DNA from: a virus
Lineage: Duplodnaviria; Heunggongvirae; Uroviricota; Caudoviricetes
DNA length: 27,070 nt
IMG/VR virus record: IMGVR_UViG_2651869694_000009
Location: 1 to 27,070 of that record
Direction: 5' to 3' (one strand)
The translations under genes and the position numbers were made by a program. Numbering within the stretch: the first letter of the stretch is position 1; the number at the start of each line of letters is the position of its first letter. Shown piece after piece: positions 16,975 through 26,518 of this stretch. The notes under the pieces are model-generated. The model made no database searches and was not told the DNA's origin. It saw nothing but the letters and a program-made list of their open reading frames with translations.

Positions 16975-17243
16975 TGAAAGAGCTTGAGTTAAAGAAACCG
17001 ATCACTGCTCATGGCGAGACACTCTCCGTACTGGAGTTTGATGAGCCCACCGGGAAAGATGTCCGCGAGCTGGGGTATCCCTACCAGATGAATCAGGATG
17101 AGTCCGTCAGACTTCTGGCGCATGTGGTGTCGAAATACATTGTGCGGCTGGCGAAAGTGCCGCAAAGCTCTGTCGACCAGATGTCTCCGGCAGACATGAA
17201 TGCAGCGGCGTGGCTTGTGGCTGGTTTTTTCCTCCAGGCCTGA
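16974..17243 (+). CDS. Tail assembly chaperone, short form
   Basis: 89 aa between tube and tape measure. Its 3' end carries the slippery heptamer T_TTT_TTC (17225-17231). Confidence 0.75.
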   Translation: MKELELKKPITAHGETLSVLEFDEPTGKDVRELGYPYQMNQDESVRLLAHVVSKYIVRLAKVPQSSVDQMSPADMNAAAWLVAGFFLQA

Positions 17244-17392
17244 CGGCTGAATACCTCACTGATCGCTTCTTTGACTGCGCCAGCTACTGGCACATTAATC
17301 CCTTCGAATTGCTGAATATGCCGATCAGTGAAATTCCCTTACTGGTCAGTCAGGCAAACAGGATAGAGCAGGAGAAACGCACACATGGCTGA
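16974..17392 (+). CDS. Tail assembly chaperone, -1 frameshift-extended form
   Basis: After a -1 slip at 17225-17231 the reading continues FPPGLTAEY... in the frame of ORF 17210-17392 and ends at TGA 17390-17392, overlapping the tape-measure start. Confidence 0.65.
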
Positions 17393-19220
17393 ATTTGAGC
17401 TTAAGGCGTTGATCACCGGTGTCGACAGGCTTTCTCCCGCGCTGTCGAAAATGCAAAAGAAAATCCGGGGATTTAAACGCCAGGCGGAAGAAGCGTCACA
17501 GGGTGGGCTGGCGCTTGGTGGCGGACTGGCTGCGGGTCTGACGCTTTCCCTGAAATCTTATGCCGATCAGGAAAACGCCGCCACCGGGCTGAAAGTTGCC
17601 ATGATGGATGCGAACGGTGAGGTCGGAAAGAGCTTTCAGGACATCAATAAACTGGCTATTGGTCTGGGTAACCAGCTACCCGGTACAACGGCTGATTTCC
17701 AGAACATGATGCAGATGCTGGTGCGTCAGGGGATCCCGGCAGAAAACATTCTGGGCGGTGTGGGTAAAGCGACAGCTTATCTTGCGGTACAACTGAAAAA
17801 AACACCGGAAGCGGCTGCCGAGTTTGCCGCAAAGATGCAGGATGCTACCGGAACGGCGTCAGAAGACATGATGGGGCTGTTCGACACTATCCAGAAGGCG
17901 TTTTATCTGGGCGTTGACGATACCAACATGTTGTCCTTCTTCACTAAAACCAGCTCTGTTCTGAAGATGGTGAACAAGGACGGTCTTCAGGCTGCACAGA
18001 GCCTTGCCCCCATCAGCGTCATGATGGATCAGATGGGGATGAACGGGGAATCGGCAGGTAACGCCCTGCGAAAAGTTATCCAGTCCGGATTAAGCGTTAA
18101 GAAAATCAGGGACGTCAATAAAATCATGGCCCGCCAGAAACTCGGGGTACAGCTCGATTTTACTGACGGCAAAGGGAGTTTTGGCGGTCTTGATAACATG
18201 TTCAGGCAACTGGCAAAGCTGCGAAAACTGACCGACGTTAAACGAACTGGTGTACTTAAGGCAATATTTGGTGATGATGCCGAAACCCTTCAGGTGGTCA
18301 ATGCACTAATCGATAAAGGAAAGGATGGCTACGATCAGATCCAGCAGAAGATGAATAAACAGGCCAGCCTGAATAAACGTGTTCAGGCACAGCTTGGTAC
18401 GCTGTCCAACCTGTGGGAGGCAATGACGGGGACCGCAACTAACGGTCTTGCAGCTATTGGCGGCGCATTTTCTGGTGACGCTAAAAATATCACGCAATGG
18501 CTGGGGGAGTTGGGGGAAAAATTCACGAAGTTTGCGGATGAAAATCCCCGGGTTATTCGCGGCGTCGTCGGGCTTGCTGCCGGTCTTGCGATTCTGAAAC
18601 TGGGATTGATGGGCGTGGGCAGTGCCATCAGCATTGTCAGCAGGATCATGTCGATGACGCCGATTGGCATGATTGCGACGGCGATAGCCCTGGCTGCGGG
18701 ATTAATTATCACTAACTGGGATGTTGTCGGACCTTATTTCAAGAAGCTCTGGGAAACCATTGGTCCTTATTTTGAGGCTGGCTGGGAACTCCTTAAGAAA
18801 GTTTTTGCCTGGTCGCCGCTGGGGATGGTGATCAATAACTGGGGACCGGTTGTTAAGTGGTTTCAGGATATGTGGGATAAGCTGAAGCCGATTATTGAAT
18901 GGTTTACCGACAGTTCCGGTGACACGGTCGATACCATTAACTCGGCGCAGTGGGGCGCGGGTGCTTATGATGCTTATGGGACGGGAATACCGGCACGGGG
19001 ATACACACCTTATCAGGCGGTAGATCCGGCTCAGTCAAACAACGCCTCCGATGCCACAGGCCCGAATCCCTTCATGATCAACAAAGCTTCTGCGCCAAAA
19101 GTTGATGGTGAGATCAAGGTCTCTTTTGTGAATTCGCCTCCGGGTATGCGGGTTATGGAAACGCGATCCAGCGGTTTTGATGTCAGCCATGATGTTGGCT
19201 ATACGCGCTTTGGCAGGTAA
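17385..19220 (+). CDS. Tail tape measure protein
   Basis: 611 aa, Ala/Gly-rich with predicted helical and membrane-like segments, downstream of the frameshifted chaperone. Confidence 0.85.
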   Translation: MAEFELKALITGVDRLSPALSKMQKKIRGFKRQAEEASQGGLALGGGLAAGLTLSLKSYADQENAATGLKVAMMDANGEVGKSFQDINKLAIGLGNQLPGTTADFQNMMQMLVRQGIPAENILGGVGKATAYLAVQLKKTPEAAAEFAAKMQDATGTASEDMMGLFDTIQKAFYLGVDDTNMLSFFTKTSSVLKMVNKDGLQAAQSLAPISVMMDQMGMNGESAGNALRKVIQSGLSVKKIRDVNKIMARQKLGVQLDFTDGKGSFGGLDNMFRQLAKLRKLTDVKRTGVLKAIFGDDAETLQVVNALIDKGKDGYDQIQQKMNKQASLNKRVQAQLGTLSNLWEAMTGTATNGLAAIGGAFSGDAKNITQWLGELGEKFTKFADENPRVIRGVVGLAAGLAILKLGLMGVGSAISIVSRIMSMTPIGMIATAIALAAGLIITNWDVVGPYFKKLWETIGPYFEAGWELLKKVFAWSPLGMVINNWGPVVKWFQDMWDKLKPIIEWFTDSSGDTVDTINSAQWGAGAYDAYGTGIPARGYTPYQAVDPAQSNNASDATGPNPFMINKASAPKVDGEIKVSFVNSPPGMRVMETRSSGFDVSHDVGYTRFGR

Positions 19221-19243
19221 TGAAAAATTAATCTGTTAATGAG

Positions 19244-19265
19244 TCCCACTCCGGTGGGATTTTTT
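19244..19265 (+). terminator. Intrinsic terminator after the tape measure gene
   Basis: Stem TCCCAC (19244-19249) / GTGGGA (19254-19259) with loop TCCG, followed by TTTTTT (19260-19265). Confidence 0.55.
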
Positions 19266-19280
19266 ATGTACGGAGTTTAT

Positions 19281-20609
19281 ATGACGTGGAAAGACAGACT
19301 TCAGGACGCGTCATTTCGCGGTGTGCCGTTTAAGGTTGAAGAAGAAAGTGCGGGAACCGGTCGCCGTGTGGAAACACATGAATACCCGAACCGCGACAAA
19401 CCCTATACCGAAGACCTGGGGAAAATCACTTTCCGCCCGTCCATCACGGCTTATGTGGTGGGAGATGACTGTTTTGACCAGCGCGATCGCCTGATTGACG
19501 CGCTGAATAAACCCGGTCCCGGCACGCTTGTCCATCCGACATACGGTGAGCTGAAAGTCTGTGTTGACGGGGAAGTTCGGGTCAGCACATCGAAAAGTGA
19601 AGGACGTATTGTCCGCTTTGACCTGAAGTTTGTCGAAGCAGGAGAGCTCTCTTACCCCACATCAGGTGCGGCGACGGCGCAGACGCTGATGTCATCCTGT
19701 TCTGCACTGGATGACTGCATCAGTGACAGCTTCAGCGGTTTCAGTATCGATGGCGTGGCGGATTTTGTGCAGAACGACGTCGTCGGTAATGCCAGCATAA
19801 TGCTTGGGTATGTTTCTGATGCGATGAAAGTGGTGGATTCTGCCGTATCGGATGCCGCCAGGCTGTTGCAGGGGGATATCTCGGTACTTCTGCCGCCGCC
19901 ATCGTCAGGCAAAAATTTCGTTGAGCAGGTGCAGAAAATGTGGCGTACCGGGAAACGCCTTTATGGTAACGCCAGCGACCTGGTCACCATGATCAAAACG
20001 CTTTCCGGTGTCAGCCTCGGCAGCGATCTGCAACCGCGCGGCGTCTGGAAAACGGACAGTAAAACCACCGCCACGGCGACGCAGCAGCGTAACGTGGTTG
20101 CCAGCACCCTTCGTACGACCGCAATCAGCGAAGCGGCGTATGCCGTCACCCGATTGCCTGCGCCAACAACTTCCGCGGTGATGCAGAATGCCGCAGTGGG
20201 GCAGGCAACAACACCTGCGCAGAGCACTGGCTGGCCTTCCGTCACGCATCCGGCACTGAACAATGCACCGGCGGTGAAAAACACGGTTGACCTGCCGACG
20301 TGGGAAGAACTGACTGACATTCGCGACACACTGAATACGGCAATTGATAAGGAGTTGTCCCGTACAACCAGTGATGCGCTGTTTCTGGCGCTGCGCCGGG
20401 TGAAAGCAGATCTGAATGCGGATATCAACACGCGCCTTGAACAGTCTGCACGGATCATTCAGCGCACACCGGATGAGGTTTTACCCGCGCTGGTGCTGGC
20501 GGCGACCTGGTTTGATAACGCGGCGCGTGACGCGGACATTATCCGGCGTAATGCCATTACGCATCCCGGCTTTGTGCCGGTGATCCCTCTGAAGGTGCCA
20601 GTGCAATGA
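19281..20609 (+). CDS. DNA circularisation protein (Mu gp43 / gpN-like tail protein)
   Basis: N-terminal motif WKDRLQDASFRGVPF...HEYPNRD is typical of this family. ATG 19281 is preferred because the ORF-track start (19239) lies inside the upstream terminator. Confidence 0.8.
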   Translation: MTWKDRLQDASFRGVPFKVEEESAGTGRRVETHEYPNRDKPYTEDLGKITFRPSITAYVVGDDCFDQRDRLIDALNKPGPGTLVHPTYGELKVCVDGEVRVSTSKSEGRIVRFDLKFVEAGELSYPTSGAATAQTLMSSCSALDDCISDSFSGFSIDGVADFVQNDVVGNASIMLGYVSDAMKVVDSAVSDAARLLQGDISVLLPPPSSGKNFVEQVQKMWRTGKRLYGNASDLVTMIKTLSGVSLGSDLQPRGVWKTDSKTTATATQQRNVVASTLRTTAISEAAYAVTRLPAPTTSAVMQNAAVGQATTPAQSTGWPSVTHPALNNAPAVKNTVDLPTWEELTDIRDTLNTAIDKELSRTTSDALFLALRRVKADLNADINTRLEQSARIIQRTPDEVLPALVLAATWFDNAARDADIIRRNAITHPGFVPVIPLKVPVQ

Positions 20610-21685
20610 ACGATAACGTCACGCTACGGGTAAATGGCCGGGAGTGGAATGGCTGGACATCGGTGCGTATTGGTGCCGGCATTGAACGGCTGGCGCGGGA
20701 TTTCAGCGTGGAGATCACCCGCCAGTGGCCGGGGGATGAGGGTATCACCACACTTCAGCCGCGCATTAAAAACGGTTCAAAAGTGGAAGTGCTGATTGGT
20801 GATGAGCTGGTGATCACCGGCTGGGTGGAGGCGACCCCCGTTCGTTACGATGCCCGTTCGGTCAGCACCGGTATTGCCGGGCGTAGTCTGACTGCTGACC
20901 TGATTGACTGTGCAGCCGAACCGACACAGTTTAACGGACGATCGCTGGTACAGATTGCGCAGGCGCTTGCTGCGCCTTTCGGCATTGAGGTGGTGAACAG
21001 CGGTGCGCCGTCGGGTGTTATTCCTGACGTCCAGCCTGATCACGGCGAAACGGTGATTGAGGTGATCAACAAAATACTCGGTCAGCAGCAGGCGCTGGCT
21101 TATGACGACCCGCACGGCAGGCTGGTGATTGGTGGTATTGGCTCAACGCGGGCACATACCGCGCTGGTACTCGGGGAAAACATCCTTTCCTGCGATACGG
21201 AGAAGAGTATCCGGGAGCGGTTTTCTGTTTACCAGGTGGCGGGGCAGCGTGCCGGAAACGACGATGATTTCGGTGAGGCCACCACCACCGCGCTGCGGGC
21301 CCGCACAGAGGACGCATTTATTGCCCGTTACCGTCCGATGTATATCAGGCAGACAGGGCAGGCTACGGGGGCAGGCTGTATTGCCCGTGCGGACTTTGAA
21401 GCCCGACAACGGGCGGCGCGGACGGATGAAACCACCTATGTGGTGCAGGGCTGGCGACAGGGTAACGGTACGCTGTGGCAGCCCAACCAGCGGGTGATTG
21501 TCTTTGATCCGGTCTGTGGTTTCGACAATACCGAACTGCTTGTTTCGGAAGTCACGTTTACTCAGGACCAGAACGGCACCCTGACGGAAATCCGTGTCGG
21601 CCCACCTGATGCTTATCTGCCTGAACCCGAAGCCCCCGGCGCGCGGAAAAAGAAAAAAGCCAGAGTACAGGAGGATCCGTTCTGA
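20606..21685 (+). CDS. Baseplate hub protein (Mu gp44 / gpP-like)
   Basis: 359 aa in the Mu-like baseplate gene order. Confidence 0.7.
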   Translation: MNDNVTLRVNGREWNGWTSVRIGAGIERLARDFSVEITRQWPGDEGITTLQPRIKNGSKVEVLIGDELVITGWVEATPVRYDARSVSTGIAGRSLTADLIDCAAEPTQFNGRSLVQIAQALAAPFGIEVVNSGAPSGVIPDVQPDHGETVIEVINKILGQQQALAYDDPHGRLVIGGIGSTRAHTALVLGENILSCDTEKSIRERFSVYQVAGQRAGNDDDFGEATTTALRARTEDAFIARYRPMYIRQTGQATGAGCIARADFEARQRAARTDETTYVVQGWRQGNGTLWQPNQRVIVFDPVCGFDNTELLVSEVTFTQDQNGTLTEIRVGPPDAYLPEPEAPGARKKKKARVQEDPF

Positions 21686-22233
21686 TGAGGACGATTGAAG
21701 CCATGCAGCGACAACTCCTCGGCCTGATTGGGCGGGCCGTGGTGAAAAGCATCAGTGCCGCCACGAAATGTCAGACCGTGGATGTGTCCCTGATTGCCGG
21801 TGAACCCAAAGCCGGGATTGAACATCTTGAACCCTACGGTTTTACCGCAAGGGCAAACAGCGGTGCGGAAGCGGTGGTGTTGTTTCCGTATGGCGACCGT
21901 TCTCATGCGGTGGTTGTTACGGTGTCGGACCGGCGCTACCGCCTGAAAGGGCTGCAGACGGGGGAGGTGGCTGTCTATGACGATCAGGGGCAGTCCGTGA
22001 CGCTGACCCGGGCGGGGATCGTGGTGGACGGTGCAGGTAAAACGATTACGTTTCGCAATGCGCCTAAAGCACGTTTTGAAATGGACCTGGAAGTGACCGG
22101 ACAGGTGAAAGACCTGTGCGACTCCGGCGGCACCACCATGTCAGCGATGCGGCTTGCCTATAACGGGCATCGTCACAGAGAGAACGGTCAGGGCAGTAAC
22201 ACCGACAAACCTGATAAAGCGATGGAGGCATGA
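21685..22233 (+). CDS. Baseplate spike / assembly protein V (Mu gp45-like)
   Basis: 182 aa in the Mu-like baseplate gene order. Confidence 0.7.
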   Translation: MRTIEAMQRQLLGLIGRAVVKSISAATKCQTVDVSLIAGEPKAGIEHLEPYGFTARANSGAEAVVLFPYGDRSHAVVVTVSDRRYRLKGLQTGEVAVYDDQGQSVTLTRAGIVVDGAGKTITFRNAPKARFEMDLEVTGQVKDLCDSGGTTMSAMRLAYNGHRHRENGQGSNTDKPDKAMEA

Positions 22234-22658
22234 TGGAACTGTGGCTGACGGTGAACGGTAAACGCACCTGCGCCAGCGCACCGCTGGATCCGCTGACCCG
22301 CGCCGTGGTGATTTCCCTGTTTACCTGGCGGCGGGCGGAGCCTGATGACAACGCCGACGTCCCGATGGGATGGTGGGGGGATACCTGGCCTGCGGTACAG
22401 AATGACCGTTACGGCTCCCGACTGTGGCTGCTTCAGCGCAGCAAACTGACCAATCAGCTGGTGCAGACGGTAAGGGGGTATATCCGCGAATGCCTGCAAT
22501 GGATGATTGATGACGGCGTGGTGTCCCGTATTGATCTGGATATCCGCCGCACCGGGATTAATGAACTGGGTAACAGTATCACTCTCTGGCGTCGTGACGG
22601 ACCGGTAATGATTTCTTTTGATGATCTGTGGAGTGCGATAACGCATGGCGGACAGTGA
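22230..22658 (+). CDS. Baseplate protein (Mu gp46-like)
   Basis: 142 aa in the Mu-like baseplate gene order. Confidence 0.65.
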   Translation: MMELWLTVNGKRTCASAPLDPLTRAVVISLFTWRRAEPDDNADVPMGWWGDTWPAVQNDRYGSRLWLLQRSKLTNQLVQTVRGYIRECLQWMIDDGVVSRIDLDIRRTGINELGNSITLWRRDGPVMISFDDLWSAITHGGQ

Positions 22659-23703
22659 ATTTCAGCGCCCGACGCTGGCAGAAAATATCAGTATGCTCCG
22701 TAACGATTTATTCGCCAGGCTGGACGTCAGCGACACGCTCCGGCGCATGGATGAAGACGTGCGGGCAAAGGTGTATGCGGCAGCGCTGCATACGGTTTAC
22801 GGGTACATCGATTATCTGGCAATGAATATGCTGCCTGACCTGTGCGATGAGTCCTGGCTGGCGCGACATGCTGCGATGAAACGGTGTCCGCGCAAGGGGG
22901 CCACGGCTGCCAGCGGGTATATGCGCTGGGAAGGTGTCAGCGATGGCCTGAAGGTGACTGCCGGGAGCGTGATTCAGCGCGATGACCTGGTTCAGTACAC
23001 GGCAACTGCCGATGCAACCAGCTCCGGTGGTGTCCTGCGCGTGCCGATCGCCTGCTCAAGTGCAGGCGCGGTCGGTAACGCTGACGACGGTACGGCATTA
23101 ATCCTGGTCACGCCGGTGAATGGTCTGCCGTCTTCCGGTGTGGCTGACACCCTGACAGGCGGATTTGATACTGAAGAGCTGGAAACGTGGCGCGCCCGCG
23201 TCATTGAGCGGTATTACTGGACGCCGCAGGGCGGGGCTGACGGGGACTATGTCGTCTGGGCTAAAGAAGTGCCCGGCATTACCCGCGCATGGACATACCG
23301 TCACTGGATGGGAACGGGAACTGTCGGTGTGATGATTGCCAGCAGTGACCTGATTAATCCCATTCCGGAAGAATCAACGGAAACGGCGGCAAGACAACAT
23401 ATCGGGCCACTGGCCCCGGTGGCAGGCTCTGATTTGTATGTGTTCAGGCCGGTGGCACATACGGTGGATTTTCATATCCGCGTGACGCCGGACACACCGG
23501 AAATACGGGCTGCCATCACCGCGGAGTTGCGTTCGTTCCTGCTGCGTGATGGTTATCCGCAGGGAGAACTGAAGGTATCGCGTATCAGTGAGGCGATTTC
23601 CGGTGCGAACGGGGAATACAGCCATCAGTTGCTTGCACCGGCAGACAATATCTCCATTGCAAAAAATGAACTGGCGGTACTGGGGACGATTTCATGGACG
23701 TGA
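22645..23703 (+). CDS. Baseplate J-like protein (Mu gp47-like)
   Basis: 352 aa in the Mu-like baseplate gene order. Confidence 0.75.
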   Translation: MADSEFQRPTLAENISMLRNDLFARLDVSDTLRRMDEDVRAKVYAAALHTVYGYIDYLAMNMLPDLCDESWLARHAAMKRCPRKGATAASGYMRWEGVSDGLKVTAGSVIQRDDLVQYTATADATSSGGVLRVPIACSSAGAVGNADDGTALILVTPVNGLPSSGVADTLTGGFDTEELETWRARVIERYYWTPQGGADGDYVVWAKEVPGITRAWTYRHWMGTGTVGVMIASSDLINPIPEESTETAARQHIGPLAPVAGSDLYVFRPVAHTVDFHIRVTPDTPEIRAAITAELRSFLLRDGYPQGELKVSRISEAISGANGEYSHQLLAPADNISIAKNELAVLGTISWT

Positions 23704-24278
23704 CAAACGATGATTACATCCGTCTGTTGTCGGCACTGTTGCCCCCCGGTCCGGCGTGGTCAGCCAGCGATCCGTCGATTGCCGGTGCGGCACCGTCATT
23801 AACCCGAGTTCATCAGCGTGCGGATGCCCTGATGCGGGAGCTGGATCCGCGCACCACCACTGAACTGATAAACCGCTGGGAGCGTCTGTGCGGTCTGCCG
23901 GATGAATGTATTCCCGCAGGGACACAGACCCTTCGCCAGCGTCAGCAACGGCTGGATGCGAAGGTTAACCTGGCGGGCGGCATCAACGAGGATTTTTATC
24001 TTGCACAGCTTGCTGCCCTGGGCAGACCAGATGCCACCATCACGCGATACGACAAAAGCACCTTCACCTGCTCATCGGCCTGTACTGACGCGGTGAATGC
24101 GCCGGAATGGCGGTATTACTGGCAGGTCAACATGCCAGCTGCCACCAACACCACCTGGATGACATGTGGTGATCCCTGTGATTCCGCACTGCGTATCTGG
24201 GGCGACACCGTTGTCGAGTGTGTGCTTAACAAACTCTGCCCTTCGCATACCTACGTAATTTTTAAATATCCGGAGTAA
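23694..24278 (+). CDS. Tail protein (Mu gp48-like; matches e14 YmfQ in size and position)
   Basis: 194 aa directly upstream of the tail-fibre gene, as in e14. Confidence 0.65.
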   Translation: MDVTNDDYIRLLSALLPPGPAWSASDPSIAGAAPSLTRVHQRADALMRELDPRTTTELINRWERLCGLPDECIPAGTQTLRQRQQRLDAKVNLAGGINEDFYLAQLAALGRPDATITRYDKSTFTCSSACTDAVNAPEWRYYWQVNMPAATNTTWMTCGDPCDSALRIWGDTVVECVLNKLCPSHTYVIFKYPE

Positions 24279-24281
24279 TCC

Positions 24282-25064
24282 ATGCATCGTATAGACACGA
24301 AAACCGCGCAGAAGGATAAGTTCGGCGCGGGTAAGAACGGTTTTACCCGTGGTAACCCCCAGACCGGCACACCTGCCACCGATCTGGATGATGACTACTT
24401 TGACATGTTGCAGGAAGAACTCTGCAGCGTGGTGGAGGCATCCGGTGCCAGCCTGGAGAAGGGGCGGCATGACCAGCTGCTTACCGCGCTTCGTGCGCTG
24501 CTGTTAAGCCGCAAGAATCCGTTTGGCGATATCAAATCGGATGGCACGGTGAAAAGGGCTCTCGAAAACCTTGGTTTGGGAGAAGGTTCGGCATTACCCG
24601 TTGGTGTGCCTGTTCCGTGGCCTTCCGCCACTCCGCCAACAGGCTGGCTGAAATGCAACGGTGCCGCTTTTTCTGCTGAAGAATACCCGGAACTGGCAAA
24701 GGCTTATCCGACAAATAAATTGCCTGATTTACGTGGTGAGTTTATTCGTGGCTGGGATGACGGGCGTGGAGTGGATAACGGAAGGGGATTATTAACGCTT
24801 CAGGACGGTGCGATTGTCAGTCATAACCACTATTGGGGAATCTGGACTTCACGAACTAACGACCAGACTCTGGAAAGTTTTACAGGCACCACGATTTTAA
24901 AACAAATCACGCCCCTGTCTCCAGCCATTGACTTCGATAATTACCCAATTCCCAACCCGGCTATTACAGAGGGTGGTGTTGTTGCGGCAACGACTAAACC
25001 TGCAGGTGCGAATGAAACACGCCCACGAAATGTCGCTTTTAACTATATTGTGAGGGCTGCATAA
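24282..25064 (+). CDS. Tail fibre protein: constant N-terminal part fused to the variable C-terminal domain in the current orientation
   Basis: 260 aa. Conserved fibre N-terminus (MHRIDTKTA...[17 protein letters not shown]) and fibre-type C-terminal ending [11 protein letters not shown]. Contains the left crossover site at 24559-24584. Confidence 0.85.
   Translation: MHRIDTKTAQKDKFGAGKNGFTRGNPQTGTPATDLDDDYFDMLQEELCSVVEASGASLEKGRHDQLLTALRALLLSRKNPFGDIKSDGTVKRALENLGLGEGSALPVGVPVPWPSATPPTGWLKCNGAAFSAEEYPELAKAYPTNKLPDLRGEFIRGWDDGRGVDNGRGLLTLQDGAIVSHNHYWGIWTSRTNDQTLESFTGTTILKQITPLSPAIDFDNYPIPNPAITEGGVVAATTKPAGANETRPRNVAFNYIVRAA
24559..24584. repeat. Left crossover site of the invertible segment (pix/gix/hix-type, 12-2-12 bp)
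   Basis: CTCTCGAAAACC TT GGTTTGGGAGAA. Positions 24571-24584 are a perfect inverted repeat of 26439-26452. The half-sites resemble Hin/Gin recombination sites. Confidence 0.75.
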
Positions 25065-25666
25065 TGAATAACGCAGAATTAAACAGTGAATTAATTGCCA
25101 CTATGGCAGGAGAAATTACTGTTTATAACTTTGACGTCATGAGTCGGGAGTATATTTCAGCTTCAACTGAATATCTTGCTGTTGGTGTCGGCATTCCGGC
25201 ATATTCCTGTTTAGATGCTCCAGGCACCTACAAAGCTGGTTATGCAATCTGCCGCTCTGCAGATTTTAACTCATGGGAATATGTACCAGACCATCGCGGT
25301 GAAATCGTCTATAACACCGAAACGGGAGACGCCAAAGAAATCACAACTCCGGGTGATTACCCCGAAAAAACAACCACTATCGCCCCGTTAACGCCATACG
25401 ATAAATGGGATGGTGAGAAATGGGTAACGGATACTGAGACACAGCATAGCGCCGCAGTAGACGCGGCAGAAGCACAGCGTCAGTCACTGATTGATACTGC
25501 AATGGCTTCCATCAGTCTGATTCAACTGAAATTGCAGGCCGGGCGGAAGCTGACGCAGGCAGAAACCACCCGACTTAACGCTGTGCTGGATTACATTGAC
25601 GCGGTGACGGCAACAGATACCAGCACCGCGCCGGATGTCATCTGGCCTGAACTGCCGGAGGCGTAG
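25064..25666 (+). CDS. Tail fibre assembly protein (Tfa, current-orientation partner)
   Basis: 200 aa. Its C-terminus (LDYIDAVTATDTSTAPDVIWPELPEA) resembles the conserved end of the convergent minus-strand paralogue. Confidence 0.8.
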   Translation: MNNAELNSELIATMAGEITVYNFDVMSREYISASTEYLAVGVGIPAYSCLDAPGTYKAGYAICRSADFNSWEYVPDHRGEIVYNTETGDAKEITTPGDYPEKTTTIAPLTPYDKWDGEKWVTDTETQHSAAVDAAEAQRQSLIDTAMASISLIQLKLQAGRKLTQAETTRLNAVLDYIDAVTATDTSTAPDVIWPELPEA

Positions 25667-26078
25667 GCCATTCAATATCTGGCGCACCGGAAGTATCGAC
25701 CAGTTCCAGTGCGTCCAGGTAATCCAGCCACAAATTATATTGCGCCAGTTCGTCACCTTTCAGACGACCAATAGCCGCTTTACCAGGCCATTGTTTACTG
25801 TTCATATAAACGTTGGCCTGATTAATCAATTGCTGCTTCTCCAATTCGGCTGCAGCAATTTGTTCCTCATGTGTTGGTGGTGGAATTTCGGACCATGCAG
25901 GAAAACCATTTTCTCCAGCGATACGGATTTTTCCTTTCGGCGGTAATCCGGAAAACTCAATATACACTTGCTCATCAACTTCAACAGCATCATCTGGCCA
26001 TGAGTCAGCTTGAGTGTAATCCTCTTTCATCTCCAGCGGATAGAAAGAGTTTGTAGTCGCGGAATATATGTAATTCAT
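25638..26078 (-). CDS. Alternative tail fibre assembly protein (partner of the alternative fibre C-terminus)
   Basis: 146 aa, convergent with the + strand Tfa. C-terminus LWLDYLDALELVDTSGAPDIEWPTPPA matches the Tfa family pattern. Confidence 0.8.
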   Translation of the reverse strand: MNYIYSATTNSFYPLEMKEDYTQADSWPDDAVEVDEQVYIEFSGLPPKGKIRIAGENGFPAWSEIPPPTHEEQIAAAELEKQQLINQANVYMNSKQWPGKAAIGRLKGDELAQYNLWLDYLDALELVDTSGAPDIEWPTPPAVQAR

Positions 26079-26099
26079 TTTTCACTCCATATAGCTAAA

Positions 26100-26447
26100 T
26101 TAACAGCCTAACGCTAAAAATGAAGCGCCGAGGCCAGGAGTACTGGCTCTGGATATAAATTTAACCGGGTCGGGACTAAAACCTGCACAGGCAATATAAC
26201 CAACAGCCCCGCTATCTGGTGTGTAGTCTTGTGAGACCAAAACACGCAGACATCTGTTTGGAAATGCAATCGGGAAATGGGTTACTACATCCTGTGCAAT
26301 GCCTGGTGCGCCGATTGAGCCCCACTGAAGAATAAAACCTGATGGTAATTTTTGATATCCAGTACCTGAAACAGAAAGCGTGAAGCTACCCATATCAGGT
26401 ATCTGATTCGCCCCTGTCCCTACATTCCTTTTAGCCGCTTCTCCCAA
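26100..26447 (-). CDS. Alternative tail fibre C-terminal domain, silent in the current orientation
   Basis: Open frame with no start codon of its own; the listed M is TTG coding Leu. Its first codons lie in the right crossover site and encode LGE, the same junction residues as the left site in the fibre gene. Confidence 0.7.
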   Translation of the reverse strand: MGEAAKRNVGTGANQIPDMGSFTLSVSGTGYQKLPSGFILQWGSIGAPGIAQDVVTHFPIAFPNRCLRVLVSQDYTPDSGAVGYIACAGFSPDPVKFISRASTPGLGASFLALGC

Positions 26448-26464
26448 ACCAACCTTTTAGAAAA
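26439..26464. repeat. Right crossover site of the invertible segment
   Basis: TTCTCCCAAACC AA CCTTTTAGAAAA, about 55 bp upstream of the invertase gene. Confidence 0.75.
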
Positions 26465-26518
26465 TGCAGTTATTCGGCTCAGATGGCATGATCCCGGATT
26501 TTTACAGGGTTATTTCTC

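Larger units (their letters stand above)
24572..26451. mobile_element. Invertible DNA segment of about 1.9 kb (equivalent to the e14 P region and Mu G segment)
   Basis: Bounded by the two inverted crossover sites. Contains two convergent fibre C-terminus plus Tfa gene sets. Serine invertase gene lies adjacent. Confidence 0.75.

Noticed and set aside
7270-20458. Many minus-strand ORFs inside the structural genes (for example 8117-8470, 9931-10293, 10312-10701, 11700-12065, 13101-13541, 13758-14255, 14345-14935, 15929-16345, 19961-20458)
   Set aside because: All are antisense to co-oriented, syntenic phage structural genes in high-GC DNA. They lack starts with SD sequences and have Arg/Ser/Pro-rich translations typical of antisense frames.
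21066-23625. Overlapping ORFs within the baseplate genes (21066-21317 (-), 21129-21497 (+), 22188-22646 (-), 22628-22825 (+), 23374-23625 (-))
   Set aside because: Alternative frames of well-placed baseplate genes. No independent support.
25635-26056. Plus-strand ORFs 25635-25946 and 25871-26056 opposite the alternative Tfa gene
   Set aside because: Antisense to a gene with a conserved Tfa C-terminus. No start context.
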